DNA of 64,000 bases from Patescibacteria group bacterium (lineage in GTDB: Bacteria; Patescibacteriota; Microgenomatia; UBA10105; UBA927): contig DATKGN010000013.1 in NCBI GenBank assembly GCA_035510735.1, forward strand, positions 128,596-192,595, in the 5' to 3' direction. Position numbers and translations under genes: made by a program. Positions 47,919-58,439 of this stretch are shown piece after piece. How positions within the stretch are numbered: position 1 is the first letter of the stretch; every line of letters begins with the position of its first letter. A model generated the notes under the pieces. It saw nothing but the letters and a program-made list of their open reading frames with translations, had not been told where the DNA came from and searched no databases.

Positions 47919-48854
47919 TTATTTCACTATCTCAGCAATTGGATAAGCTACCGGGTCGTGCCGTTTATGCACAATTAACTCTCCTATAAGCCCTGTCGAA
48001 ACCATCTGCATTCCGAAAAGAACAAACATCATACCTGCGAATAACAGAGGCCTGCGAATGATCGATTGCCCCATGAAATGAAGTACGGTTAAATAGGTAA
48101 GGATTCCAATACCTATTAAAATACTGACCCCTCCTGCCGTACCAAAAACCTGCATCGGCTGATGTTCAAATGATGTAATAAATAGTGTACTCGTCAGGTC
48201 AAAAAATGCGTGAATGATCCGCCCGTTATTAAACTTCGACTTGCCGTATCGACGCGCGTGATGAGTGACGGGAACTTCGCTGACCCGGAATCCGCGTGCA
48301 GCCGCAAGAACAGGAAAATATCTATGCAGTTCGCCGTACAGATGAATTTCATTAGCGACGTCGCGGGTACAAACCTTCAAACCCGAATTCATATCATGAA
48401 GTTTCACGCCATAGGCCCGTGACACAACTGAGTTAAATAAACGTGAGGATAACCGTTTAATAAAACTATCACGACGGTTCGTTCTCCAACCAATCACCAG
48501 ATCGCTTTCCGCTTTCAATCGCTCAAGTAGTTGCGGGATCTCTGCCGGTTCATCCTGCAGATCCGCGTCCAGTGTTACAAGATACTCTCCTTTTGCGTGG
48601 GAAAATCCAATAGATAATGCGGCGGACTTCCCCAAATTTTTCCTGAATCGGAGAAGGACCATGTTGCGTTTTGCCTGAGTCCTCAGGGATTTAAGTTCTT
48701 CAAAACCGTGGTCGGTGCTCCCGTCATCAATAAAAACATACTCGATAATATCCCATCCTACCGGTTTTACCCGGTCAAGTTGCGCGATGAGTTCGCCCAA
48801 ACTTTCCCGCTCATTGTAAAACGGGATAACGATGCTTACCGTCCGTTGTTTCAT
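47919..48854 (-). CDS. GT2 polyprenol-phosphate glycosyltransferase (DPM1/ArnC-like)
   Basis: VSIVIPFYNE...DDGSTD...DADLQD motifs and C-terminal TM helices. Confidence 0.85.
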   Translation of the reverse strand: MKQRTVSIVIPFYNERESLGELIAQLDRVKPVGWDIIEYVFIDDGSTDHGFEELKSLRTQAKRNMVLLRFRKNLGKSAALSIGFSHAKGEYLVTLDADLQDEPAEIPQLLERLKAESDLVIGWRTNRRDSFIKRLSSRLFNSVVSRAYGVKLHDMNSGLKVCTRDVANEIHLYGELHRYFPVLAAARGFRVSEVPVTHHARRYGKSKFNNGRIIHAFFDLTSTLFITSFEHQPMQVFGTAGGVSILIGIGILTYLTVLHFMGQSIIRRPLLFAGMMFVLFGMQMVSTGLIGELIVHKRHDPVAYPIAEIVK

Positions 48855-50347
48855 AATGTTTGTCGTTTAAATGCGAAAAATAAACCACTTTGGGCGACCA
48901 ACTGGTAATTCTTATCAAACAGTAATGATTGTAATACACGCTGCTGTTCGTCGCCACTCGGCCATGCATATTGGTCACCCAATAATACTACGACATAGTC
49001 AGCATTGGTAGCGTTAATAGGATAATTATATAAAAATTCTCTTTCGGAAAAATGAGCGCCGATATTATTAGTGACTGAAACACTGTATCGTGAAGGAATG
49101 TTAACTGCCACTTGTTTCATCGCCGCCTTTTCTGGCTGAACGGTATGAAAAAACCAAAACCGGGAACGGGCTCCGTACGGCAACTCTCCCCAATAATATA
49201 CTGACCCTAAAATACATACACCCGCAATGACCGAAAGGATTTTCCAACTATTTTTCTTCACGAAAGTTTTTGTCCGGAGCGTAGATTCTGCGACGGCAAA
49301 ACCGTAAATTGATGATACAAACACCCAGGGGGTGATCCCGCTTGTATATTGATAATCGATCATGCGCATGAGTTGATTGTTGCTCAGTGCATTGATACCA
49401 AGATTCGGCAGAGCAAATATCATCGTCCACGGAGATAATAATGATAAAAATGCGGTTGGAACTAATAATTGGTAATAATAGTGGAGTCTGTCTGGAGCAA
49501 ATGCGGATACAAAGGCTTGCCACGGGTGTTTAAGAATATTCTTCAGAATTTCATTGATGCTTCCCCCGTAATCAGAGAGATACTCAAGGGCCCAATATTG
49601 TTTTGACGGAGTCACGGCGGGTATAAATTTCCAAAATAATAAATAAAACATAACCGAACTGACGGCAAAAACGGCTGCTCCAAACGCTTTGAATTTCGGT
49701 TTGAAAAACCAACAGATGCCTAGCATCGCTGATATTACCCAGAACTGCTCTTTCCCAAGCGCGGCAAGCACGATGAATATACTAAATGCAACAGGATTTT
49801 CAACGACAAAGTACCAATAGGCGAATAATAAAAATGTTGTCGTGAGTGAGGTAGCATGGAAATCATGAAGCGTATTCATCTGTATCGTCGGATATAACAA
49901 ATATGCCGTACTGAAGAGTAATGCTATCCAGTTTCTTTTGAGAACTTTCTTCGCCAGCCAATAAATGGGGACAGCGCCGCATGCAAGCGCAACTGCCTGG
50001 ATAATGAGAAGCATCTTCGGGTTTGACCAGATGAGATAAAACGGTGCAAGTAATATGAGAAGGAAATCAGCGTGGACAGCGAGACGTGATTCCTGTGCGG
50101 TACCCATGGGATCAGTGAGCGTAAATCCGTTCCCGTGAAGTACGTTCCAAACCGTCTGATCCATATTACCCAAATCCAATCGGAGCGAAAAAAAATTGTC
50201 GTGCCGGAGGAAAGAATCATACGTAAAGTATCCGATGAAGAGAACAATCAGGAATAGCAACAACAACTTGACGGTTCTTTCCGATGCCAATATTTGTCGT
50301 AATTTATTAAACCAATCCGGGGAACGCGAATTCTTTTTTTTCTGCAT
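48851..50347 (-). CDS. DUF2079 family polytopic membrane protein (GT-C-like putative glycosyltransferase)
   Basis: About 12 TM helices. Overlaps the GT2 gene by 4 bp and is co-oriented with it. Confidence 0.55.
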   Translation of the reverse strand: MQKKKNSRSPDWFNKLRQILASERTVKLLLLFLIVLFIGYFTYDSFLRHDNFFSLRLDLGNMDQTVWNVLHGNGFTLTDPMGTAQESRLAVHADFLLILLAPFYLIWSNPKMLLIIQAVALACGAVPIYWLAKKVLKRNWIALLFSTAYLLYPTIQMNTLHDFHATSLTTTFLLFAYWYFVVENPVAFSIFIVLAALGKEQFWVISAMLGICWFFKPKFKAFGAAVFAVSSVMFYLLFWKFIPAVTPSKQYWALEYLSDYGGSINEILKNILKHPWQAFVSAFAPDRLHYYYQLLVPTAFLSLLSPWTMIFALPNLGINALSNNQLMRMIDYQYTSGITPWVFVSSIYGFAVAESTLRTKTFVKKNSWKILSVIAGVCILGSVYYWGELPYGARSRFWFFHTVQPEKAAMKQVAVNIPSRYSVSVTNNIGAHFSEREFLYNYPINATNADYVVVLLGDQYAWPSGDEQQRVLQSLLFDKNYQLVAQSGLFFAFKRQTL

Positions 50348-50508
50348 CGAAATATTTGTAATAATAATTTATAAAATTATCTCACGCTTATCTGAAGGTG
50401 AGCTGAATATTGGCCTATGACGACTATTAATAGCAGCTATTGTGCCATCTTACGCTATTTGATGCAAGCAGGCTCATTCATCCGTGAGCTGGCATAGTAC
50501 CATACAGT

Positions 50509-51087
50509 TCACCGGGTGACATAGCGGGTTATAAATTCAAGAAATTTGCCATAGTGCATGTAGATAAGATAGCCATTAACCAACAGTAAACCGGGGAAAA
50601 CACCGAGCGTCTCGACGAAACTGCCCGTTGTAACCCGAAGCAGTTTAAAAGGAGGTAATCCCATTCTCACGGGAATCGGAAACAACCAAGGGACGCCTTC
50701 TTTTGTAATCGTATCCATGACAAGGTGCGACGCATAGCCAAACATAAACGCCCACCAAACGAGGTGCATATCAACAAGTAGAAATTTATGCACATAGCCC
50801 AGTATGAATGACAGTCCCCACCCGGCAAGACCCATCCCGACTAACGAATGGGATATCATGCGGTGGTGCCCTAAAAGTGGCGAGACAATATGTCCGAGTA
50901 CGGACCCTGCTGGGATCTTCCGCCACAGATCCGCTGTTGGTTGATCTAAATCCGGAGTCACTCCACCGATTGCACACATGACCCCCACCACTACTGCTGT
51001 GGCTAAACTCATCCGTATAAGCGGTTCGTACGTGAGGAATACTGTCAGGGTTGTTAAAGCAGCCAGATCATGCGTTCTTCCGGTCAT
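50509..51087 (-). CDS. Membrane-bound metal-dependent hydrolase (DUF457/YdjM-like)
   Basis: His-rich TM protein (GHHRMISHSL...SHLVMD). Confidence 0.55.
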   Translation of the reverse strand: MTGRTHDLAALTTLTVFLTYEPLIRMSLATAVVVGVMCAIGGVTPDLDQPTADLWRKIPAGSVLGHIVSPLLGHHRMISHSLVGMGLAGWGLSFILGYVHKFLLVDMHLVWWAFMFGYASHLVMDTITKEGVPWLFPIPVRMGLPPFKLLRVTTGSFVETLGVFPGLLLVNGYLIYMHYGKFLEFITRYVTR

Positions 51088-51105
51088 GGGATAATAATAC
51101 CTTAT

Positions 51106-52449
51106 CTATTCAATCCACGTAACATATCTCCCTGTGACCATAAAAGGAAGTACTTTATGTGTACCGAGATTGAGGATCTGAATCGTGGTGAATTGGCGCA
51201 TGTCGGGATTCTGATCATATGGACTGATAATATGCTGATCAATCGGATATTTTTCGAACGATAGATAGTTATCATCAGGGGAAATTTTACTTCTCTCCAG
51301 ACTATACGCGTTATCGGTCATATTCAGGATTATTTTTTTGGAATCCAACTCAATGAGTTTCAAACCCAGCTTCTGATCTCTTGAATACAGCGGCTGAAAA
51401 CTGTAACTTACCATAGTTCCGTCATAGCTTATATTCGGAAATAATGCACTCTCATTATCGGAGCTTATCTTCTTGCTTTGACCGTTATAAAGGATAACAG
51501 ACGGATTCCCGCTTGCGAATGCACCTGATAGGACGATCTTATCTCCTAACGCATCCGATCCCCCGTAATCGGTAAATTTTCCAAGCAACACATCCTCTTC
51601 ATTCCTTATCGTGTGGAGAAAAAATATTTCATCCGTTTCACCGACTAGAGAAAGTAACATCGTATTATTGTCAGGCAATAGCCAAATACTTACCAACTGC
51701 CCCATCACAGGACTCAGCGCTATATTTTTCGTAAGTTGTGTAAATAAATTTGCCGAAATAAACGTATTACCGTAGTTTCCCTGATCGGGAGACATGCGGG
51801 GCAGCACATAAATCGTTTGACCATCCTTACTTAACTGAATCTGTGTGTAATATGCCCTCTCGTTTTGCAAAATATTTGTGGTTTTCTTCGTCGCCATGTC
51901 ATAAAGAAACACATCGTTCGTATCCCGACCGCTATCCTTGATATAGGCTATAGTTCCGCTTGCTACTTTGTAATCAATGATATTAAAAGTATTCGGTATC
52001 GTTTCACTACGGCCATTCAAATCCATGAGATGGAGCTCTGTATCGGAGCTGATATAGACAAAATAGCCATTTTGAGTACGAAATGACTCTTCAAACGAAC
52101 CTGGTAAACGCTTATGATAAATATCCGTCGCTGATTTATCGATCCGCACCCGGTATTCCTGGTTATATCGCAATGGTTTTATCGGAGTGAAATACAGTGT
52201 GTTATTGACCCAACTGACATTGCCGGTAACGTTCGGCTGAATCGAAAAAGCATGACCGGCCGTCCGTTGATTCATCGGCCTCGTAAAACCAATCTTTATT
52301 TGTTGATCTAAAACGCCCACGGAATTATCCTTCATGGTTTTAAAAGAAACACCAACGACCCGTGGTGAAGTAAAATTGGAAATAATTATTACAAGAACCG
52401 TTACGAAAAAAATACATATATTAATGACGATAAATGGCTCTCTTTTCAT
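51106..52449 (-). CDS. Secreted/anchored hypothetical protein, probable beta-propeller
   Basis: N-terminal TM anchor and repetitive beta-strand-rich sequence (TolB/WD40-like periodicity). Confidence 0.4.
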   Translation of the reverse strand: MKREPFIVINICIFFVTVLVIIISNFTSPRVVGVSFKTMKDNSVGVLDQQIKIGFTRPMNQRTAGHAFSIQPNVTGNVSWVNNTLYFTPIKPLRYNQEYRVRIDKSATDIYHKRLPGSFEESFRTQNGYFVYISSDTELHLMDLNGRSETIPNTFNIIDYKVASGTIAYIKDSGRDTNDVFLYDMATKKTTNILQNERAYYTQIQLSKDGQTIYVLPRMSPDQGNYGNTFISANLFTQLTKNIALSPVMGQLVSIWLLPDNNTMLLSLVGETDEIFFLHTIRNEEDVLLGKFTDYGGSDALGDKIVLSGAFASGNPSVILYNGQSKKISSDNESALFPNISYDGTMVSYSFQPLYSRDQKLGLKLIELDSKKIILNMTDNAYSLERSKISPDDNYLSFEKYPIDQHIISPYDQNPDMRQFTTIQILNLGTHKVLPFMVTGRYVTWIE

Positions 52450-52458
52450 GATTGTTCG

Positions 52459-53226
52459 TTAATATAAATATGGATCGCCGGGTGCACTGGTCAATTCGAT
52501 TGAATCGGGTTTAATGACATCCTGTCGGCTGCCGTTTATAGTTTTCACCTCAAATACGCCTTTAACGATTACCCAGTCATCCGCCTTCAGATGCTCTAAT
52601 TTCCGGTCAACAAGAAGACCGATAGGGGTGGCATCCGCAATACAGCAGGAAATCACGAACCTCGTTACCATAAACGTTCCGTCCCTTTGCGGCTGAACAA
52701 AGCCTTCAACGTTTACCGTTTTACCTTTATACGTTTCAGGTTCGGGATCAATTTGAAATAAACCAATCCAATCGGAAATATTATACGTATTGGTAATTGA
52801 TTTCCCCGTTAAAGAGCTGGAGCTTAAATAATTGACAAGTTCCGCTGAACTTTTAAATGTATTGTTAACTGCGGAATTCTGGTTCGATCCCCGTCGAAGC
52901 GCGGTAGCCGACGAAAGGGCACGCTTTGGAATAACGATACCGATAATAAGAGCGGCGGAAATGCATATAAGTACCAGCAATTTTTTAAAGGAAACATCCC
53001 ACACCAGTTTCCGTGGTTTTGGCACATTGAAAATAAGAATAATACTTACCGAGCCGGCTACAAATAACGCGATACCCATTAAAAACGTAAAAAGATCATA
53101 GTCGGGCCTAATATAATACAGTAACCCTCCCGTCAGTCTTAAATACATAAGATATGCTCCTGAAAGCAGCAAAAATGCACTTTCCAGGAGGTCCGAAATG
53201 TGAATGGTATTTCGTTGGATCTTCAT
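52459..53226 (-). CDS. TIGR03943/DUF1980 family protein (partner of the DUF318 permease)
   Basis: Two N-terminal TM helices and a C-terminal soluble domain with CC motif (VISCCIADA). Overlaps the upstream permease gene by 4 bp. Confidence 0.5.
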   Translation of the reverse strand: MKIQRNTIHISDLLESAFLLLSGAYLMYLRLTGGLLYYIRPDYDLFTFLMGIALFVAGSVSIILIFNVPKPRKLVWDVSFKKLLVLICISAALIIGIVIPKRALSSATALRRGSNQNSAVNNTFKSSAELVNYLSSSSLTGKSITNTYNISDWIGLFQIDPEPETYKGKTVNVEGFVQPQRDGTFMVTRFVISCCIADATPIGLLVDRKLEHLKADDWVIVKGVFEVKTINGSRQDVIKPDSIELTSAPGDPYLY

Positions 53227-54122
53227 ATGCCGTATATATTCATAACTACGCTCGAAATAAGTACCATCTGAATTACTAACAAACTGATAATGAGTACGAA
53301 CCTCGGTTTAAATGTCGTAAGCATGAGGCTGACTGACCGGATATTAATCATCGGCCCGAAAACCATAAATGAGATCACGGAACTTAATGGAAACCTCCCG
53401 ACATATCCTAGCGCGACAAATGCGTCAACAGTGGAACAAATCGTCATAATAAAAGCCAATATCATCATGGCGATGGTCGCAAGAATCGGAGTGCTTGCGA
53501 TGGAAGCGACGGAATTTCTCGACAGCGTAGTCACAAATGCGGCGACAGCAGCGCCGACAACCAATGCTCCCATTGCATTTATCGTCTCCGTTCTGAATAT
53601 CCGGGAAATTTGATTAAGCTTATCCTGAACAGTCAGCCCATGATGGTCGTAAATGTCACATTCTTGTAAAACACTTTTGGTGAGCACGTCGGAAATATTT
53701 CCGTACATCGATACAATTAATCCGACAAGGACAGCAATAAGGAGGGTAATGAACGCCCGCAATATAACCACTTCAGGTGAAAATCGAAAAGCGGTGAAGG
53801 TCGCAAGAAGGACGATGGGGTTTATGGCAGCCGCCAACAGGAACGAAACGGTTTGTGAGACAGGTACACCTTTTGCAATAAGCCGCCTCGCAACGGGAAT
53901 GTTACCGCATTCGCACACCGGAAAAAAAAATCCCAAAAGCGCAATACACACATGGCTGAGAATTCTGTTTTTCGGTATGAATTTTACCAGTGCTTCGTCG
54001 GATACGAACGTACTTAACAGACTCGATACGATTACCCCCAACGTTATGAACGGAAGTGCCTCGATGATAATCGAGAAAAAAACGTTTATCGAATCGAGAA
54101 ATACTGTTGGATAACCGGACAT
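53223..54122 (-). CDS. Permease, DUF318 (YraQ-like)
   Basis: Polytopic protein with the conserved CECGNIP motif of DUF318 permeases. Confidence 0.6.
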   Translation of the reverse strand: MSGYPTVFLDSINVFFSIIIEALPFITLGVIVSSLLSTFVSDEALVKFIPKNRILSHVCIALLGFFFPVCECGNIPVARRLIAKGVPVSQTVSFLLAAAINPIVLLATFTAFRFSPEVVILRAFITLLIAVLVGLIVSMYGNISDVLTKSVLQECDIYDHHGLTVQDKLNQISRIFRTETINAMGALVVGAAVAAFVTTLSRNSVASIASTPILATIAMMILAFIMTICSTVDAFVALGYVGRFPLSSVISFMVFGPMINIRSVSLMLTTFKPRFVLIISLLVIQMVLISSVVMNIYGI

Positions 54123-54159
54123 AAAAATCCATTATATACCCAGTTACTTTGGAATGGGG

Positions 54160-54747
54160 TCACTGTATTTGTTTGTAGATATCATACCAATTTTTCGCAA
54201 TAGCCTGTTGTACCTGGACTAGGGTCATATTTCCGTCACACACTTCTTTATGCAAATAATTTTCGACCAGGTCTTTTTCATTTGTCGACGGGTGCGGTTC
54301 CGGCCAGAGATTTTTAGCGTCCGTCGGACTCCCCCCGAGTTCAAGCGATATAAAATGATCCTCCTCAAAGTCGCTCATATTCGTATCTGAGTAGCCATAA
54401 TCCTTCATCTGCTGTTTCTTGAGATCATTAGTGTAAGTCACTGAAGGGCGGACCGTTTGTGTGTACCCTGATTTGCAAATTGTCGTTTCGAGATTTTCCT
54501 GGATAACTGCGGGATCAATGACACCGGGCGTACAATTGGGATCAGGAAGATATGCCTGCGGATCGGACTCGTTAACGTGAATTGCATGACATGTGCCCCC
54601 GGTCGTCTCCGAGAGTACATTACCCGCTGTCGGCGTTACCGTAAGAGGCGTTATCAATGTTTGCTTTGTCCCCTGATTCGTCGACAAAAACCATGCAACA
54701 ACGATCAGTAATGTTATAAGTGAAAATAATTGTTTTGATTTTCTCAT
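54160..54747 (-). CDS. Secreted Cys-containing protein with HNH/His-Me-finger-like motif (putative nuclease), tentative
   Basis: Signal-anchor; C-terminal EEDHFISLELGG...NLWPEPH resembles DH...N HNH-type motifs. Confidence 0.35.
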   Translation of the reverse strand: MRKSKQLFSLITLLIVVAWFLSTNQGTKQTLITPLTVTPTAGNVLSETTGGTCHAIHVNESDPQAYLPDPNCTPGVIDPAVIQENLETTICKSGYTQTVRPSVTYTNDLKKQQMKDYGYSDTNMSDFEEDHFISLELGGSPTDAKNLWPEPHPSTNEKDLVENYLHKEVCDGNMTLVQVQQAIAKNWYDIYKQIQ

Positions 54748-54953
54748 TTTGACCCGCGGACCTTTCGCCTGGCGTCGCTTTCATGATCAGCAATGAAGAA
54801 ACAAATAAAAAACAGGATGACTTCTGCCCCGATAATCCATACGTACGGATGATCAAGCGTCAATTTATACCGATTCCAAACCGTTATCATCAGGACGCTT
54901 ATAAATATGAACGCAACCCCTGACTTCGGTACAAAGTACCAAAAATTTATCAT
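54744..54953 (-). CDS. Small membrane protein (2 TM), tentative
   Basis: ORF only, overlapping the downstream gene by 4 bp. Confidence 0.25.
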   Translation of the reverse strand: MINFWYFVPKSGVAFIFISVLMITVWNRYKLTLDHPYVWIIGAEVILFFICFFIADHESDARRKVRGSK

Positions 54954-55144
54954 AAAGCTCAGCCCCTCTTATTATCATCCGATCCGGAGAAAATTCAAGA
55001 AAGAATATCCCACGTTGTTGTATACTATATGAGGGAATGTATTAAATTCGGGCGTTATGCGGGCCCAAAGGGGTCGATCTCCGGTGCTCCGCTTTTCATA
55101 CGGGTTATACCCGATCAATAAATAATAATCCTTACATTGGACCA

Positions 55145-56446
55145 ATGGTTTATATGAACATATTTCAAAAATTCGGGGATAAAACATTTTCATCACTCAA
55201 AATCCGGAACTATCGTCTGTATTTTATCGGACAGGGGATATCGCTTGCCGGCACCTGGATGCAGACCGTTGCACAGGCATGGCTCGTCCTCCAGATTTCG
55301 CATTCCGGTACTACGCTCGGCATAGTATCGGCATTACAATTTTTGCCGATTTTACTGTTCGGCCCGATGGCGGGCGTACTCGTGGACCGGTTTTCTAAAA
55401 AAACCATCCTCTACTATACTCAGGCAGTCTCTGCCGTTCTTGCATTAGCGCTCGGAATTCTCGTTGCCATGGGACACATCCAATTGTGGGAGGTCTATGT
55501 GTTGGCGCTTTTACTCGGACTTGTCGGTGCGCTTGATAACCCGGCACGTCAGACATTTATTCTTGAAATGGTCGGAGAAAATGAACTTTCAAACGCCGTC
55601 ACGCTCAGTACGGCAGAACTTAATCTTGCCCGTGTTGCAGGACCGGCACTCGCGGGCGCCCTCATCGCAACGGTCGGGTTGTCGGTTTGTTTCATACTGA
55701 ATGCCGTATCGTACATCGCAGTCATCTTCGTATTCTTTAAGATGCATGATAAGGAAATTCACGCGTTCGCGGCGACTAAAAAACTGAAAGGCCAGCTGTC
55801 GGAAGGATTCCGTTACGTCCTCTCCACCCCCTACCTCCGTGATGCGCTTATCATCATGGCCATCATAGGAACCTTCACCTATGAATTTGCGGTAAACCTC
55901 CCACTTTTTACCCAATTCACCCTCCATGGTGATGCCGGCACGTACGCAATTCTCACGGCGTTTATGGGGATGGGCGCGGTCATAGGAGGATTATATACCG
56001 CCCACCGCGCGCAGGCGACCGAGCGGATGTTAGTGAACACTGCATTCTTTTTAGGTTTGAGTACGCTTCTCACTTCACTTATGCCGACCGCATTGTTTGC
56101 ATTTGCATCTCTTGCAATTGTCGGGTACTGTTCGGTAAATTTTATATCACAAAGCAATATCCTCCTTCAGCTTAAATCAATCCCCGAGATGCGCGGACGC
56201 GTAATGGCGCTCTGGACCGTGGCATTTTTAGGATCGACGGTGATCGGCGCTCCCATCATCGGATGGATCGGAGAAACATTTAGTCCCCGCTGGGGGTTGG
56301 GAGTGAGCGGGCTTGCGGCGATCATCGCGGCGGGTTACGGGATGCTCAAAATGCGCGGGACGACACAGCAACAAATCCCGAAGCAAATCATGATCGAAAG
56401 TGAAGAAGCACAGCTAACGGAAGAGAAAGAGACACGTGCTATATAG
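55145..56446 (+). CDS. MFS transporter (EntS/DUF894-like)
   Basis: 12 TM helices and an MFS signature between TM2 and TM3 (GPMAGVLVDRFSKK). Confidence 0.8.
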   Translation: MVYMNIFQKFGDKTFSSLKIRNYRLYFIGQGISLAGTWMQTVAQAWLVLQISHSGTTLGIVSALQFLPILLFGPMAGVLVDRFSKKTILYYTQAVSAVLALALGILVAMGHIQLWEVYVLALLLGLVGALDNPARQTFILEMVGENELSNAVTLSTAELNLARVAGPALAGALIATVGLSVCFILNAVSYIAVIFVFFKMHDKEIHAFAATKKLKGQLSEGFRYVLSTPYLRDALIIMAIIGTFTYEFAVNLPLFTQFTLHGDAGTYAILTAFMGMGAVIGGLYTAHRAQATERMLVNTAFFLGLSTLLTSLMPTALFAFASLAIVGYCSVNFISQSNILLQLKSIPEMRGRVMALWTVAFLGSTVIGAPIIGWIGETFSPRWGLGVSGLAAIIAAGYGMLKMRGTTQQQIPKQIMIESEEAQLTEEKETRAI

Positions 56447-56593
56447 ACCTAACGCCCCAGGCTAGAATTCTTTGAAATTGTAAAGCGGAATAAAAGCTCT
56501 ATCATAAAAATATGCTCGCACAAAACGTCACCCTCTCCTACGAGAGGTGGTAATATCCTAGGTCTCTTGCAGAATTAGAAACTCCAATGCAGC

Positions 56594-57211
56594 TTATTTA
56601 TTTACTACTTTTATTCTGTTATTCGGAATCGGCTCAAATATCAGCACTTCCGGTATTTCGAAATCACCGAAGTCGTTTTCGGCTCCATGATGGCTTTCAC
56701 TCATATATTCCTGTAAGGTCTTCGCCTTTTCCCAATATTCCTGTGCAAAATCAAACGCATTTTGACGTTCATCCCTCGCTAACCTGGCTGCAACTTCGTC
56801 AAATCTAGCAGAATCAACAACTATCGCGTTAATGCCAGGATCAACCGTTATTTCTACTAACGCTACGTTGAGTTTCGTAGCTTGATTTATATCTTGAGAC
56901 TTTAGCTGAGATGGATGGCGGGGGTAGGCAAATATCGCATTTCTTCTGTCAAATCCGATTCCAAGTGATTTTGCAGCATCTGAAAAAATATTTTCTACTT
57001 CGGGATTGCCTAAAGGAGTATCCTCATCATGAATCCCCTGACTTGTAACTTGTGGTAGAGTTTCAATAGAAACATACCTATACAGTGTATAAGGTTGTCC
57101 CAATATTTCGTGAGCGCCTGGTACAATAATCTTCGCCTGCGTTGATGTATCAGCAGTAGCACCGATACCTTGAGATGGGTTTTCTGTGCTTCCGGTTAGT
57201 CCGTCTGGCAT
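56594..57211 (-). CDS. Hypothetical protein (205 aa), downstream partner of the APH-like kinase
   Basis: ORF 22 bp downstream of the kinase gene on the same strand; no motif recognised. Confidence 0.45.
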   Translation of the reverse strand: MPDGLTGSTENPSQGIGATADTSTQAKIIVPGAHEILGQPYTLYRYVSIETLPQVTSQGIHDEDTPLGNPEVENIFSDAAKSLGIGFDRRNAIFAYPRHPSQLKSQDINQATKLNVALVEITVDPGINAIVVDSARFDEVAARLARDERQNAFDFAQEYWEKAKTLQEYMSESHHGAENDFGDFEIPEVLIFEPIPNNRIKVVNK

Positions 57212-57232
57212 ACAACAATTTTACTACTGAAT

Positions 57233-58222
57233 CTATATTAGTAAAAGGTGAGTGTTATTAGACATATTCAACCCCTCTTCTCCCATCAATTTATAATAAA
57301 TTGTTTGCCCGGGGTTTTCGTCTTTACCGGTTTTTTGGAGATATTCAGGAATCATGAGATTTGAAGCAAACGTCGCTTTAATGAGAAGCGGGAGAATCTC
57401 TTTCTCATACGCGTTTAATGACCCGCTTTGAAGATATTTACTAATAATTTGTTTATATATCAAGATATTCTCCTCCAATGATTGTCGAAATTCCGTGCAG
57501 AAAAGTGCCATGAATGTCGCAAGGTCAAAAATTTTATAATTATAGTCAGTGCTCGCTAAATCGAGAATGCAATACTTACCATTTCGGTCCTTCATGACAT
57601 TTTCCCTGTGTAGATCAAAATGAACAATGGATTTCGTTAATTTTGAATAATCTATTTTATGGAATTCCTTAACGACAGGTTCGATGAGTTTTAAGTTGGA
57701 ATCTGTCAGAAATGTACGCTTTTTCTCAAATTCCCCCGCCAAATGAACGGTCAACCACATGTCGTAATTAGCAGATGTCGCAAAGTTCAGCGAATGAATT
57801 TTGGACAGGATATTCGTGATGTTTTTCTTATCCCCCGATGTCGGCTTCACATCTGTAAACCTGCTTCCATCAAAGTAGTCCATGACAATGAGATACGTTG
57901 CCGACTCTCCGATAATTTTATACAGGTAATCGCCTTGGGCAGTTTTATATAATTTCGGGACCGGGATACCGCCTTTGTAGTACTCCAGAAGCGCGGTAAC
58001 GTTTGATTGAATTGTTTTGCGGTCCTTGTCTTTTGAAAAAATCTTGACGATATACTTGCCTTTTGACGTTATAAGTAAGGAATTAACCTCCTCATACCCG
58101 ACAAGCAGAGATTCAAATGAAATGATCGATCCCAAACCAAAACTCTCCGTGACACTCGTTGCCACTTCATCTAATGAGATCGGTAAATATATTCTTTCAA
58201 GTAGTTTCCTTGTTGTGAGCAT
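57233..58222 (-). CDS. Phosphotransferase enzyme family (APH/choline-kinase-like) protein
   Basis: HFDLHRENV (Brenner HGDxxxxN) and ILDLASTDYN (DFG-equivalent) motifs. Confidence 0.7.
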   Translation of the reverse strand: MLTTRKLLERIYLPISLDEVATSVTESFGLGSIISFESLLVGYEEVNSLLITSKGKYIVKIFSKDKDRKTIQSNVTALLEYYKGGIPVPKLYKTAQGDYLYKIIGESATYLIVMDYFDGSRFTDVKPTSGDKKNITNILSKIHSLNFATSANYDMWLTVHLAGEFEKKRTFLTDSNLKLIEPVVKEFHKIDYSKLTKSIVHFDLHRENVMKDRNGKYCILDLASTDYNYKIFDLATFMALFCTEFRQSLEENILIYKQIISKYLQSGSLNAYEKEILPLLIKATFASNLMIPEYLQKTGKDENPGQTIYYKLMGEEGLNMSNNTHLLLI

Positions 58223-58439
58223 GATTTAACAATCGGTATCTGATAACTCCCTTAGTGTATCATCCCGAAGCCATGTTGATATAAGAATACCGGTCCGGTA
58301 TATCTATTATATTAATATCACTCACCGGGTGTGAGAGTGCGTGATCTGTAATAAATGTTTTATCCCGTCCTGTCGATCTAATTTGACTATTAACCCCCTC
58401 AGGAGTACGATCTGTGTGACGTTCTAAAAAGGAAAATTT

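Noticed and set aside
56447-56593. Possible terminator hairpin CCTCTCctacGAGAGG after the MFS gene
   Set aside because: The stem is only 6 bp and no T-run follows, so it is too weak to call.
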